DNA of 61,920 nucleotides from Octopus bimaculoides (taxonomy: Eukaryota). This document shows positions 12,680-25,319 of this stretch, piece by piece (the stretch's first letter is position 1; every line of letters begins with the position of its first letter). Location: assembly GCF_001194135.2 (NCBI RefSeq), contig NC_068995.1, forward strand, positions 9,336,449-9,398,368, in the 5' to 3' direction. The translations under genes and the position numbers were made by a program. The notes below the pieces were generated by a model. That model did not search any database and was not told where the DNA came from. It worked only from the letters and a program-made list of their open reading frames with translations.

Positions 12680-12685
12680 ATTATT

Positions 12686-12825
12686 AAGGCGGCGAGCTGG
12701 GAAAATCGTGAGCACACCGGATAAAATGCTTAGAGGAATTTCGTCCGTCTTCAAGTTCTGAGTTCAAATGCTGCCGAAGATGACATTGCTTTCCATCTTC
12801 ACAGGGTCAATAAAATAAGTACCAT
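12686..12825 (+). mobile_element. SINE family A, interrupted by the family E element
   Basis: Head and core up to aaataagtacc; the core resumes at about 13148 (agtaccagttgaatactggtgtcgatgtaatt). Confidence 0.75.
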
Positions 12826-12834
12826 TATTTATAT

Positions 12835-13143
12835 TATTTACATTCGACGTATATTTGTCCTCATCTTGTTTGTTGTTAACACAACGTTTCGGCTGATATA
12901 CCCTCCAGCCTTCATCAGGTGTCTTGGGGAAATTTCGAACCTAGGTTCTCATTCCTAAAGTATTTTTCGATGTTGTTGTTGTTGTTATTATTATTATTAT
13001 TATTATTATTCAGGTCACTGCCTTGAATCGAACTCGGAATCTTGGGGTTAGTAGCCCGCGCTCTTAACCACTACGCCATGTACCGTCAAATGTATTTAAT
13101 ATAAACAATGTACATAATTCCTCATCTCTTAAATATAGGACTG
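12835..13143 (-). mobile_element. tRNA-headed SINE, family E (hammerhead-bearing tail), copy 2
   Basis: Minus strand: ggcgtagtggttaagagcgcgggctactaaccccaagattccgagttcgattc (A and B boxes), (TAA/CAA)n spacer, then the hammerhead tail. Imperfect inverted repeat at 12819-12849 and 13084-13113. Confidence 0.88.
12878..12923 (-). ncRNA. Minimal type I hammerhead ribozyme motif, intact core
   Basis: Stem I GACAC/GUGUU, core CUGAUGA plus an extra A, stem II GGCUG/CAGCC with a 10-nt loop, GAA, palindromic stem III ACGU, NUH triplet GUU. Predicted cleavage 3' of position 12883. Confidence 0.8.
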
Positions 13144-13179
13144 AAACCAGTACCAGTTGAATACTGGTGTCGATGTAAT

Positions 13180-13290
13180 TGGCGTGAAATGAAGTGTTTT
13201 GCCTAAAGCACAACGCTTCGTCCACTTCGGAAATGGAAAGCACATTCTTACGATCGTGAGTGCCACACTCACCCTAACCACTGATCCACT
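13180..13290 (-). mobile_element. tRNA-derived SINE, family C (degenerate)
   Basis: Minus strand agtggttagggtgagtgtggcactcacgatcgtaag...caaaacacttcatttcacg, homologous to 19258-19380. Confidence 0.65.
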
Positions 13291-13711
13291 ACTCTTTAGG
13301 CGCTAGAGCATCGGGTGTTTCAAGTCCCGCTGAGGTCACCTCCTTTGCTTTTCATCTCTCCAAGGTCGATGTAATAAAGTGCAGTTAAGTATCTTTCCTC
13401 TCAAAAATGCTGTCCTTGTATCAAAATCAGACGCCATCATTATTGTTATTGTTGTGGTTGTTTTTGTTGTGGTTGTTGATTATCATCATCATCATCATCG
13501 TCGTCGTCGTCGTTCTCGCCGTCATTATCAGTAGCAGCAGCAGCAGCATCATTATTATTATTATTACTATTATTACTATTATTACTATTATTACTATTAT
13601 TACTATTATTAGTGCGATGGTGTAAGACAATTGACTATTTAATATGAAGAGCTCAATAAAGTGACTGAATATGACAAGCCGCCAAATATAGAGACAGAGA
13701 CAGAGAAAGAG

Positions 13712-13762
13712 GCAGAGAGAGAGAGAGAGAGAGGGAGAGAAAGCGAAGAAGGGACGGAAAAC

Positions 13763-13803
<41 letters not shown>

Positions 13804-13920
13804 AGAAGAAGAAGAAGAAGAAGAAGAAAGAGACAGAATATGAGAGGCAAAGAAAAGAGAGAGCAAGAGAAAGAGAGAAGGAAAGAAAGAAAGAAAGGAA
13901 GAAAGGAAGGAAGAAAGAAA
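13712..13920. repeat. (GA)n/(GAA)n purine microsatellite block
   Basis: Direct reading. Confidence 0.9.
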
Positions 13921-14327
13921 TCTATTGCCCACTTAAGAAAGAAATGGCGACCAAGTAAAATATTGATTATTTTCAAGTAGATAAAAGGTCAATTGTTTAG
14001 TGCGGCTATTTGTTTTTGTTTTATTTTTGTTGTTTTTTTTGTTCTTTTTAACAGGTTATTATAAACAGTATATAATTATTACCATTGTTGTCGTCGTCCT
14101 CATTATCTTCATTAAATTCATCATCATCATCGTTATCATCATCATCATCATCATCAGTATCATCATCATCGTCGACATTAATATTATTAATAATTTTAGA
14201 ATTTAGTTAAGTTAAATTTTTCTCTTGCTAGTACAGCAAGGGTAAATATCGCCCCGGGTGACGCATTTATGGGAACGGCAAATTAGAGTCTTCTGTATAA
14301 GCATGTATAATTCTTATTTCATTTCTT

Positions 14328-14359
<32 letters not shown>

Positions 14360-14478
14360 NNNNNNNNNNNNNNNNNNNNNNNNNNNNNNNNNNNNNNNNN
14401 NNNNNNNNNNNNNNNNNNNNNNNNNNNNNNNNNTATATATGTATGTATATATGTATATATATATACATATATATATAT

Positions 14479-14517
<39 letters not shown>

Positions 14518-15744
14518 TATATATTTATATGATTGAAGAAATGGCAGTCAAGAAGAAGGAGTATGGTTGGACGTTTGTTTATTATTCGGTAGAATTGTTT
14601 CGAGGCAACGTATTTCTCCAAGAATACAGGTATTTCATTATGCAACTGTTTGTTTGCATAATGAGATATAGTTGTGTTTCCTCAGGCGATATACGAGTGT
14701 TATCTCCGTTAATTTTAAATCAACGACTTCAAGGCCATCTTCTCTGTTCATCGTGGTTGAATTTAATAGTGGCTGATAGACCCATGGTGTTTACCGCGAG
14801 AGCACGTTTGTAGGACGGGTATAATAATACTACCGACAGTACTGGAAAATTCTGAAGGTGGACGAGCTTTATACTGTACTCTACCATGTTTCTAACGGAA
14901 TATAACATAACTACATATAGATAGATAGATACGTTCAACAAAAATTTAGATTCAGATGAATATCGTACTTAAGTTGAGGCACCAGAATTTAGTATGGTAT
15001 TGTCCATACAATTTTAAAATAAGGTTATTAAAATCAAAATAAGCCAGAAGGATATCCAGAGGTAATGTAGTGCGATCGTTTCATGCAACTCCATTTAATT
15101 GAACAATGCAATTATTACATCAATTTAAAATGCAGAGCAATCCTCAGCAGCACAAAGGCATAGAATTTAATTAAATTAGAACAGATGGACACATTAGTAG
15201 AATTATACCTAAAATTTCCAAGAAGGTGAGGAGTTGACCTTGCATTTCATCCCTCGAAAGGATTATCGTTAGTATTAAGGCGGCAAACTGGCAAAAGTCG
15301 TTAGTTAGCGGAGTTGACAAATGGAGAAGACAATATTAAATACCAGTCACATGCGGAGGAGAAGTAATCGATGGATTCTATTCCCTTACGATTTATGGCC
15401 TTCTGTCCAAATCGGATGAAGTTATTATACCCATATTAGTATCAGACAACAATAATATATATATATACATACATACATACATACATACATACATACATGT
15501 ATATATATATATATATANNNNNNNNNNNNNNNNNNNNNNNNNNNNNNNNNNNNNNNNNNNNNNNNNNNNNNNNNNNNNNNNNNNNNNNNNNNNNNNNNNN
15601 NNNNNNNNNNNNNNNNNNNNNNNNNNNNNNNNNNNNNNNNNNNNNNNNNNNNNNNNNNNNNNNNNNNNNNNNNNNNNNNNNNNNNNNNNNNNNNNNNNNN
15701 NNNNNNNNNNNNNNNNNNNNNNNNNNNNNNNNNNNNNNNNNNNN

Positions 15745-15803
<59 letters not shown>

Positions 15804-16054
15804 TATCACTACATACATCTCTATGACGTCTGCATATGTGTATATATGTGTTTATCAATATATATCTGTGGCGTAGGGTATGCAAATATGTATGTATGTG
15901 TGTATGTAGTTACGCAAATATCTCAGTGTATGAACTTACATAGCTATATAGACATTGAAAATAATATGTATACATAGACGGATATGAAAACTTAACCACT
16001 ATTCAATTATATTTCATAGAGATTTTATCATAAAAACCTACAGGGTGAATATAG

Positions 16055-16113
<59 letters not shown>

Positions 16114-16532
16114 TGTTCGTGTTGTATGAGTGTATGTATATATATCGTATCAGCAAATATGCGTGTGCGTGATTCAATGTCTTTTTTTCATATGCTGAAA
16201 GAAACTAGCCAATAAAATAAACGTCAAATCCTATCAATTACAAACCGATGTATATGAAACATTTTCAATTAAATTCACATTTTAAAATACATTTTCATAT
16301 ATAAATAAAGATACATACATCTCCCATACCCCCCATACAGATGTATATATATTTATATTTATATGTGTGTGTGCGTTTCTGTGTGTGTGTGTGTGTGTGT
16401 ATGTATAATATTTGAACACGCATATTTAATAGTTTATAAACCACTTTTCTTTGAAAAAGGCTCCAAAGAAATATGTACATATATATGTATATGTATATGT
16501 CTACATATATGTATATATATATATATATATAT

Positions 16533-16607
<75 letters not shown>

Positions 16608-16623
16608 TGCGTGTATAGTTTTG

Positions 16624-16681
<58 letters not shown>

Positions 16682-16925
16682 AATTCACATTTCTGTGTAT
16701 ATATACATATGTACAAGCACAGATATTTAGAAACACACACACACTCACATACACACAACACACCCACAAGAACACACACACTGATGCATGCATGTATACA
16801 TTCATATATATTTACAAAATCCTCCAACTCAAAAGTTCTTGCCGCTTCAGTTAGCGAATGTTTCGCCTCTTTAGAAGACCTTAAATTAAGCTATTTTATT
16901 CCAGACATAAGTATAATTATGCATA

Positions 16926-17072
16926 ACGACAGACGTGACCGTGTGGTAAGAGGCTTGCTTTCGAACCATAAGGTTCTGGACTCAGCCCCACTACGTGGCA
17001 CCTTGAACATGTGTCCGGCCCGACCAAAGCCTTGTGAGTAGAAATGGTAAACAGAAACCGGAAGAACCCCAT
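16926..17072 (+). mobile_element. tRNA-derived SINE, family B
   Basis: gtgtggtaagaggcttgc...cagccccactacgtggcaccttg...ccaaagccttgtgagt, shared with 26322, 49505, 20560 and 51875. Confidence 0.8.
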
Positions 17073-17074
17073 CG

Positions 17075-17570
17075 TGTATATGATGTGATTGATATGAACA
17101 ACGATGACTCGTTTCACATGCACATCACTAAGATGGTGGCTGTGTGCAGGCGAATGGCCGGGTGGATTCTGAGAACCTTCAGAACAGAGGGCAAGGAAAT
17201 TGTGCTGGTCTTATGGAGGATATTTGTCCTCAGCCGCCTGCACTACTGCTCTCATTTGTGGTCACCTTATAGTGTAGGATTAATAGCAGAACATGAAGCG
17301 ATTCAGCGATGCTACACGTGGAAGATTGCATCGATGGAACAACTGAGCTACACTGGGAGACACTGAGAGACCTACGACTCTACCTCCTGGAGCGAATAGG
17401 TATGCAGTGATATATTCGTGGAAGATACTGGAAGGGGCTGGCACAAAATTTTGGAATTGAGAGTTATACCAGACCTTGAATTGGACGTCCCCTTACTGTT
17501 CCATCTAATGTGAGGAACGTGTACTGCAATAGCTTGAGATTCAAGGGCCCACGGTCGTACATCATTGTTC
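17075..17570 (+). mobile_element. CR1-clade LINE, decayed RT C-terminal region
   Basis: Peptides HITKMVAVCRRMAGWILRTF...VLSRLHYCSHLWSPY...EAIQRCYT...LSY and, after a frameshift, RLRDLRLYLLER...YAVIYSWKILEG and NSLRFKGPR match the CR1/L2-type C-terminus (RTF..LxYC..WSP..E.VQR..LSY.ERL). Confidence 0.85.
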
Positions 17571-17652
17571 AAGTGGACAGGACTCTGGGTCGTGACAGTT
17601 GCCACTGGATTCAGACCCTTGGTATTGACCACGTGTAATGATACTCTTCGTG

Positions 17653-17877
17653 TTGTCTAACCTCTCTTCTTCCAAAGAAATTTCCGAGAAAGCTTACCAC
17701 TACTATAACAAGGCCCTAACCAATACTTTCTTCAAAGATAAGTTAATATATAATCCCTCTAATAATAATCAAAACATTAATTGATCCAGTAGCATCAAAG
17801 ATAAAGTAGTCCATAGTCACTCCAGTATTAATCTGGATAATAAGAAGAAACCTAAAGATAGGCCAAGGAAAATTATT
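17653..17877 (+). mobile_element. Penelope-like element (Neptune-type) RT C-terminal fragment
   Basis: LSNLSSSKEISEKAYHYYNKALTNTFFKDKLIYNP...KKPKDRPRKII resembles the PLE motif LSSxxEIFxxAAPYYNxAL..SGF..LxY...KRxRKIIWFNPP (recognised from memory, not searched). One internal stop. Confidence 0.7.
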
Positions 17878-18295
17878 CAAAGGATTGAACGTTTTCTTTC
17901 TCTCTCTTCTATCTTTTTCTTTTCAAAGAAAATAGTTCTCTCAACATACACTATATTCCTCTAGTTCTGGTCTGACGACCCTCCATGTTTATTTTCCTTC
18001 GGTTTCCTTGTATGCCTCTACTGTCCTGTTTTTGTTCCCAAATTTAACCCTCCATAAATCCTAAATTCTATTTTAGAATTTATGGGAACAATTGTCTTTG
18101 AAGTCTCATATTGTCGTTGAATGCTCGAAATGAGGAGTAGATAGACAGCCGACAACTGATGAAAGGTCGTTCTGTGTGTTTACTTATCCCGTTTTCCTTT
18201 TTCTCTCGTTGTTTGCGTATTTAACTCGTTTGTTTTCGTATTTCATGTTGTTTACACAGTTGGAGACGTCCTGTACCCATATATGCATATGTATG

Positions 18296-18327
<32 letters not shown>

Positions 18328-19140
18328 ATTTATATTATATATATACACATATAATTTATATTATATATATGTGTGTGTATTCTGTATTTGCTTGTATATA
18401 AAACGCACTCGCCTAACACATGCCTGCTTTGCATGTGTATTTTGTGACAATCTGTAGTATGTTTTATAATACAGTTACTGAAAATTATGTTAAAATGGTT
18501 TTGCAGGGGGAAATGTACAATTCTGTAAATATAATATTCTGAAACTTTACTGAAATAAAATATGAAACGATAAATCCATCGTAAATAATCTACTTCATGT
18601 TTAGTACCGCATCTTACCTTTATCAGATTTTTGGTACAGTTGCTAATATTTTGGTCGTAGAAGTTGTATAACTCGCATGTCTGTCTGGCAGCGATATTTT
18701 ATGTAATTGTCGAAGGCAACGAGGCTGGCACACCACAGCTATGTTTTTGTTGTCATCTACTCATTGTAAATAGCTGACAGGTGAATGAAAGTTTGTAAAT
18801 ATTCCATTCAATTTTTTTTTTTTTTGAAGAATCTATCGTTTACTTAATTTTTAAAAATGTTACTGAAATGTAACACAGCAATCTTCCGTAAGTTTCTGCT
18901 AAAAGACTGGCAGTTTGGTATATTTTCAATATTTTACTATTAGTAACATTTACTGAGCTGACTAATGTTCAACTGGCTGCTCTCTAGTTTATGACTTTCA
19001 GTATCCCATACACCATAAGTCAGCATTGTACTCAGGGCAATTTTTTGATACATTTATAATGAAAAATGAGTGACTTATTCGCCGCCAAATACGGTATATA
19101 TGTATTCATGTCTTCATCGATATTTGAGTGATTGAGTTTA

Positions 19141-19205
<65 letters not shown>

Positions 19206-19257
19206 ATACGTATACAAATACATATTTATTCTCACGTATATAAGTATTAATACTTGT

Positions 19258-19500
19258 AAGGGCGCTTGATCTAGTGGTTAGGGTGTTGACCTCATGATCA
19301 CGAGATAATAGTTTCGATTGCCGAAACGGAAGGTGCATTGATTTAATGAATAAAACACTTCACCTCACATTGCTCTGCGATCACGGCGACATCTGACCTA
19401 TGACAGACCGTTGATTCGTTGGAGGGCAAGGCTTATGCTCAGCGCAAACATTTGATCACTATAAACAAACCAACTCTGCAGGTTTCTTTATCAAGTAATT
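19258..19500 (+). mobile_element. tRNA-derived SINE, family C
   Basis: ctagtggttagggtgttgacctcatgatcacgag...gtttcgattgcc (tRNA-like head), then aaaacacttcacctcacattgctctg. Confidence 0.75.
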
Positions 19501-20244
19501 GCAGAAACCGTCTTTCTTTGGTTACAAGACACTACCATTATTCACGCACACACACACACACATTACATGTGATGTGTGCATATATATANNNNNNNNNNNN
19601 NNNNNNNNNNNNNNNNNNNNNNNNNNNNNNNNNNNNNNNNNNNNNNNNNNNNNNNNNNNNNNNNNNNNNNNNNNNNNNNNNNNNNNNNNNNNNNNNNNNN
19701 NNNNNNNNNNNNNNNNNNNNNNNNNNNNNNNNNNNNNNNNNNNNNNNNNNNNNNNNNNNNNNNNNNNNNNNNNNNNNNNNNNNNNNNNNNNNNNNNNNNN
19801 NNNNNNNNNNNNNNNNNNNNNNNNNNNNNNNNNNNNNNNNNNNNNNNNNNNNNNNNNNNNNNNNNNNNNNNNNNNNNNNNNNNNNNNNNNNNNNNNNNNN
19901 NNNNNNNNNNNNNNNNNNNNNNNNNNNNNNNNNNNNNNNNNNNNNNNNNACATCACCACGGGGAATATTTGAAATCAAATATTTGCAACTGAATTACTAA
20001 ATGACATTTGTTATTATCTGGAACTGTCAAAGTTAAGTAGTATCTTACAACATCTATAATTAATATAGTCACTCACTATATATATATTTGTGTGTGTGTG
20101 TGGAGCGAGAGAGAGAGAGAAAGAGAGATGATGGGAGGGTGAATCGTACTCAAGTAAAGTTCAAAAGTTGGCGATATTTGCCTGGTAGCCTCATTGCCGC
20201 GCGTCATGGCTGGCGAGGGCGCCAGCCGTTACGTAAGAATTCAA

Positions 20245-20288
<44 letters not shown>

Positions 20289-20559
20289 GAAAGTAGAACC
20301 TTGTACCCACTGAAAGGATAAAATCCTCGAGTGCTGGAACAACGACATTTGCAACTCAGGATACTCTCTAGTTTTATAGGAACCTTTGAAGCATTGAGAA
20401 AAACTCTAAATGCATAGTTTGAAATGTAAATCTTCACCTCCATAAAGTAGGGGAAGTGAATACTGTGCAGAAAATATTTGCATTGCTTCCGCAAAAATTA
20501 TCCAGACACTGCTTAATGGCAAGTAAAAGCAGATATGGAGAAGAAAAGAAAAAAAACAG

Positions 20560-20690
20560 ATTGTATGGTTAAGAAGCTGGCTTTGCAGCCATGTGATTTT
20601 GTGTTAAGTTCCACTGTGCAACACCTTGGGCGGGCGGTGTCTTTTTACCGTAGCCTTGAATCTAGCGATGCCTTGTGAATTTGACAGTAG
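20560..20690 (+). mobile_element. Degenerate SINE, family B
   Basis: gtatggttaagaagctggc...ttccactgtgcaacaccttggg...gccttgtgaa. Confidence 0.6.
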
Positions 20691-20872
20691 AATATGGCTA
20701 ATAAAATCATAATTGACTGATCCTCTCGTACTTTTTTACCTAAAGCCAGGAACTTTTCAGCACCCCCTCTTGTGGTGGTGTGGTGGTGGTGGTAGTAGTA
20801 GTAGTAGTGGTGGTGGTGGTGATGGTTGTGGTGGTGGTGGTAGTAGTAGTAGTAGTGGTTGTGGTGGTTGTG

Positions 20873-20921
<49 letters not shown>

Positions 20922-21533
20922 CGGCAACTGCAGCAGCAACGACAACAGCAGCAGATGTAACAGCATCAACAGCCGCAAATGTAACACCAGCAACAAGAGT
21001 AACGGCCATGCAAGGTCTAAAAGTGCAGTGAACCAAAGATCTACGCCTTAGATTTCTTATTGAAAATCCGACTGTAAAAACCCAGCGATGCAATCGTTAA
21101 CAAGTATACGTTACGTATCTTTTGAAATATGCTGTCTCATTAAAAATTAATTAGTAAATTAATTAATTAATTAATTATTAAAGCTGCACATAAATGGTCT
21201 TAACTATCACACATACACACAGCATATTATTGATTTACGTTGTATAGTTATTATATATATACATAAGACAAGAGATAATAAAACCAGACAGGATAACTTA
21301 GAAGCACTATCTACTGGCTTTTTCAAAATGGCTGAATACTGTGTTGAACAAACATGGAATCTGTTCGATTGACCGAGCGTAAACTTATACGATTAAAGGC
21401 GAAACATTCTGAATAAATCGCTGTATAATAACTGCAATGCAGTTAGCATAGTAATGCGTTAACAATGATGGAGATGAAAGAGAAAGGCGGGTGTGGCTTT
21501 CGCCGGCTGCGGACAACGATTGCGGTGATAGGT

Positions 21534-21571
<38 letters not shown>

Positions 21572-22039
21572 CGTGTATTTGTGTGTATACGTAAAAGCGT
21601 ATGTGTGTTTGGGGGTATGTATATCTCTGTGTGCATATATATATATGTATATATGTATATATATATATATATGTATATATGTATATGTGTGTGTGTGTGT
21701 GTATGTGTGTGTGTGTGTGTTTGTGGCTATGTAGACAGAGAGAGAAAGAGAGACCTGGGTATATATAAAGATATATACATTATGCTTGTGCGTGGGTGTG
21801 TTTTGTGTGTGTATACGTGTATATATATATATATGTGTGTGTATATGTGTTTCTGTGAATGTGTGTGTGTATGTATATGTATATATATGTATATATATAT
21901 ATATATATGCATACAAATATTTTCATGATTGTATGTATGTATCTATGTATGCATGTATATGTATGTATGTATGTATGAATGTATGAATGTATTTATGTGT
22001 CTTGTTTCTAGGGAGAATCAAATACAAATACTAGAACTG

Positions 22040-22415
22040 AGTATATCATGTATGTGTGTATATACATGTGTGTATGTGTGTGTATACATGTGTGTATGTG
22101 TGTATACATGTGTGTATGTGTGTGTGTACATGTGTGTATGTGTGTGTATACATGCGTGTATGTGTGTGTATACATGCGTGTATGTGTGTGTATACATGTG
22201 TGTATGTGTGTATACATGTGCGTATGTGTGTATACATGTGTGTATGTGTGTATACATGTGTGTATGTGTGTTATACATGTGTGTATGTGTGTGTATACAT
22301 GTGTGTATGTGTGTATACACGTGTGTATGTGTGTATACATGTGTGTATGTGTGTATACATGCGTGTATGTGTGTGTATACATGTGTGTATGTGTGTGTAT
22401 ACATGTGTGTATGTG
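22040..22415. repeat. Compound minisatellite, 18-20 bp unit tatacatgtgtgtatgtgtg
   Basis: About 19 tandem units by eye; source of the HTCI/MCVY pseudo-ORFs. Confidence 0.9.
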
Positions 22416-22900
22416 TGAGTGTATAGCTAGAGAGAGAGAGAGAGAAATATATGTTTGCATGTATGTATATGTGTATCTGTGTGTGTACAGAAGAGAGTGA
22501 CAGGCATAGAGAGAGAGGAGGCTGACAGAGATAGTAAGTGAGTAAGTGAGTGAGTGAGTGAGTTAGGGGGAGAGAAAGAGGGAAGCAGCCGGGTAAACTA
22601 GCAGGGTATATGTTGCATCCGCTTAAAGAGAAATAGATTTAATGTGTGTATGTTGTTACCGTTATTGTTGTTGTCATTACAGCTTTTGCACGGTTCCAGA
22701 TGAGCTTCTTTCTGAGCGAAGAGTCCCATTATGTTCAAAAACCATTGTTTCATTTTTTTTTTAATTCTCAGAACTATTGTCATGCAATGTGCTTTTCGTT
22801 TATTTAAGACAACAAAATGAGAGCAAAGGTAGATTTGGGCTGCCATACACAACATGGCACTTTATGCCATACGAGATCCTTTGTTGATTCAGAATTAATG

Positions 22901-23336
22901 CGAAGGCGGCGAGTTGGTAGAAATGTTAGCACGCCGGTCGAAATGCTTAGCGGTATTTCGTCTGTCTTTACGTTCTGAGTTCAAATTCCGCCGAGGAGGA
23001 CTTTGCCTTTCATCCTTTCGATGTCGATTAAATACGTATCAGTTACACACTGGGGTCGATATAATCGACTTAATAATCCGTTTGACTGTCGTTGTTTGTC
23101 CCCTCTGTGTGTAGCTCCTTGTGGGCAGTAAAAAAATGAGAAACGTTAGCACTCAGGGCGAAATGCTTAGCGGTTTTCACTCTGTCTTTACGTTCGGAGT
23201 TCAAATTCCACCGAGGTCGACTTTGCCTTTCATCCTTTCAGGGTCGATAAATTAAGTACCAGTTGCGTACTGAGGTCGATCTAATTGACTGGCCCACTCC
23301 TCCCAAAATTTCGGGCCTTGTGCCTCGAGTAGAAAA
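22901..23336 (+). mobile_element. Tandem SINE A dimer flanked by a 15-bp target-site duplication
   Basis: Two family A copies (22903-23130 and 23137-23336) with different tails; gattcagaattaatg at 22886-22900 and 23337-23351. Confidence 0.85.
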
Positions 23337-23606
23337 GATTCAGAATTAATGAGTTTTGATGCAGGAGGAGAGGGGTGACGCAGTTATTAAAGCAGGGTAA
23401 TATTCATAAGATGTATTTTAAATAAGATTGCATTTCTTATTTTCAAACTTCTATTTTCAATATTAGACTGGAATAATTCAAACTAGAGGCTTATATACTG
23501 GTGTGGATATGTTTCTATCCCCATAACAAAGAATTGTCAGGATAAAACAGAGTTAACGACTGTTAAACTTGATGCATAACATCGGACATTTCATTCTTAA
23601 TGACCT

Positions 23607-23660
<54 letters not shown>

Positions 23661-23665
23661 CAGGC

Positions 23666-23716
<51 letters not shown>

Positions 23717-24617
23717 TAGACAGACAGAGAGATATGAGATTGCATAAATGTTTGATTTTTTGAAATGGCAAAATCAGGAAAGAAAGAGCAGGCGCCCATA
23801 GTTTTAAGCGGAAGTTTCAGGCTAACCTATGGGATCTGTCTAGAATAAGGGAAACGAAGCGCATTTCGCTGATGAAACGCAAGGGTTCTACGAGGATGAA
23901 CGAAAAGGATGGGGTACTAGGTCTATGGAATAAAAACAGGAACGGTCCTTTAGTGTGTCTTCCGTACAACTGTGTAGAATACATTTGCTTCCATACTTTG
24001 TTAAACATGTTTCATTAACGAAACTTTGGACGCCAGCCGAAGTTCTCTACCTTCCTGTAGTAGAAACTTGGTCTATAAGTGTATATATCGACATGTATGT
24101 ATGTATGCATGTATGTATGTATGTATGTATGTATGTATGTATGTATGTATGTGTATATACACATAATTTCATTCTCATACACAGTTGCTACGGGTGTAAT
24201 GATTATTTTCTTTTGTTACTTCAAAATTAATAAATTTATATCTATGTGGACGCGATTACAAGCACACAGATGTATATAAGCCTGTACTTGTGTGATATAT
24301 ACATACATACACACAAACATATATATCTGCATTTAGATATGTGAGGATGTGTATACGTATATATTGTACTTTTGGGACGTCAAATTATATATATATATAT
24401 GTGTGTATGTATATATATACGTATATATACCCACATACGAATAGAGATACACACGCACATATATACATACATAACTACATGCATAATGTATTATGCGTAC
24501 GGGCGCAAACGTGTCTTTATGATTCAATACGCATGTTTTTTATATATATGCATGAACATTTCTGTATAAATATAAATAGATATAGAGATACAGACGTATA
24601 CAATCTCAAACTCACAA

Positions 24618-24665
<48 letters not shown>

Positions 24666-25319
24666 GCACACACATTTTTGTACGCAGTCACGTACATATT
24701 CATGTATATATAGTGATATATTTACAAAAGGCTTTGCCATCGAACAAGTTATGTATCTATATATATATATATCATACACAAAAATACACACACGCAAGCA
24801 GTCGCATATATTCGCGCACACTTGCACCCAAACTTGCATATTTACACACATACACACACACACACAAACATAATCCATTATAGTTATTTGCCTTCAACTG
24901 ATTAAAATTCAAATATTGAGAGAAGATGTTATGAAATGGAATTGTAACTTTATTAAAAACGGTGTCAATTGTAAAATATAGCAACAAAATATCTTGTTAA
25001 GAAATATTCCACTCAGCTAAATTCTATATAACGCATTTATCTTTTAGAAAAGAATTGAGTAAAAAAAGAAACATGGTCGTTTGATGATGTTTTGGGGGTG
25101 TTTCGGTAAGGGAAGAATGGAGAAATTTGTTAGAAAAACATCAATAAATCTAAAGTAAGAATTATTTGATCAAAACTGAAGTGATTTAATTAATTTCTCG
25201 TTCAGTTTTATACAATTTAAACGGCAGTAACAAATATTGCAAAATGGCAGAAAGTAAAAGCAAACTTAATAATGGACAATTATAAACAACAATCATAATA
25301 ACAAGCCAATCAGTTATCA

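Noticed and set aside
20310-20390. Minus-strand VPIKLESILSCKCRC resembling a cystine-knot C-terminus
   Set aside because: Only a CxC motif; weak acceptor and no upstream cystine-knot exons found.
23866-23900. CTGATGA hammerhead-core-like heptamer
   Set aside because: No stem II, GAAA or stem I partner.
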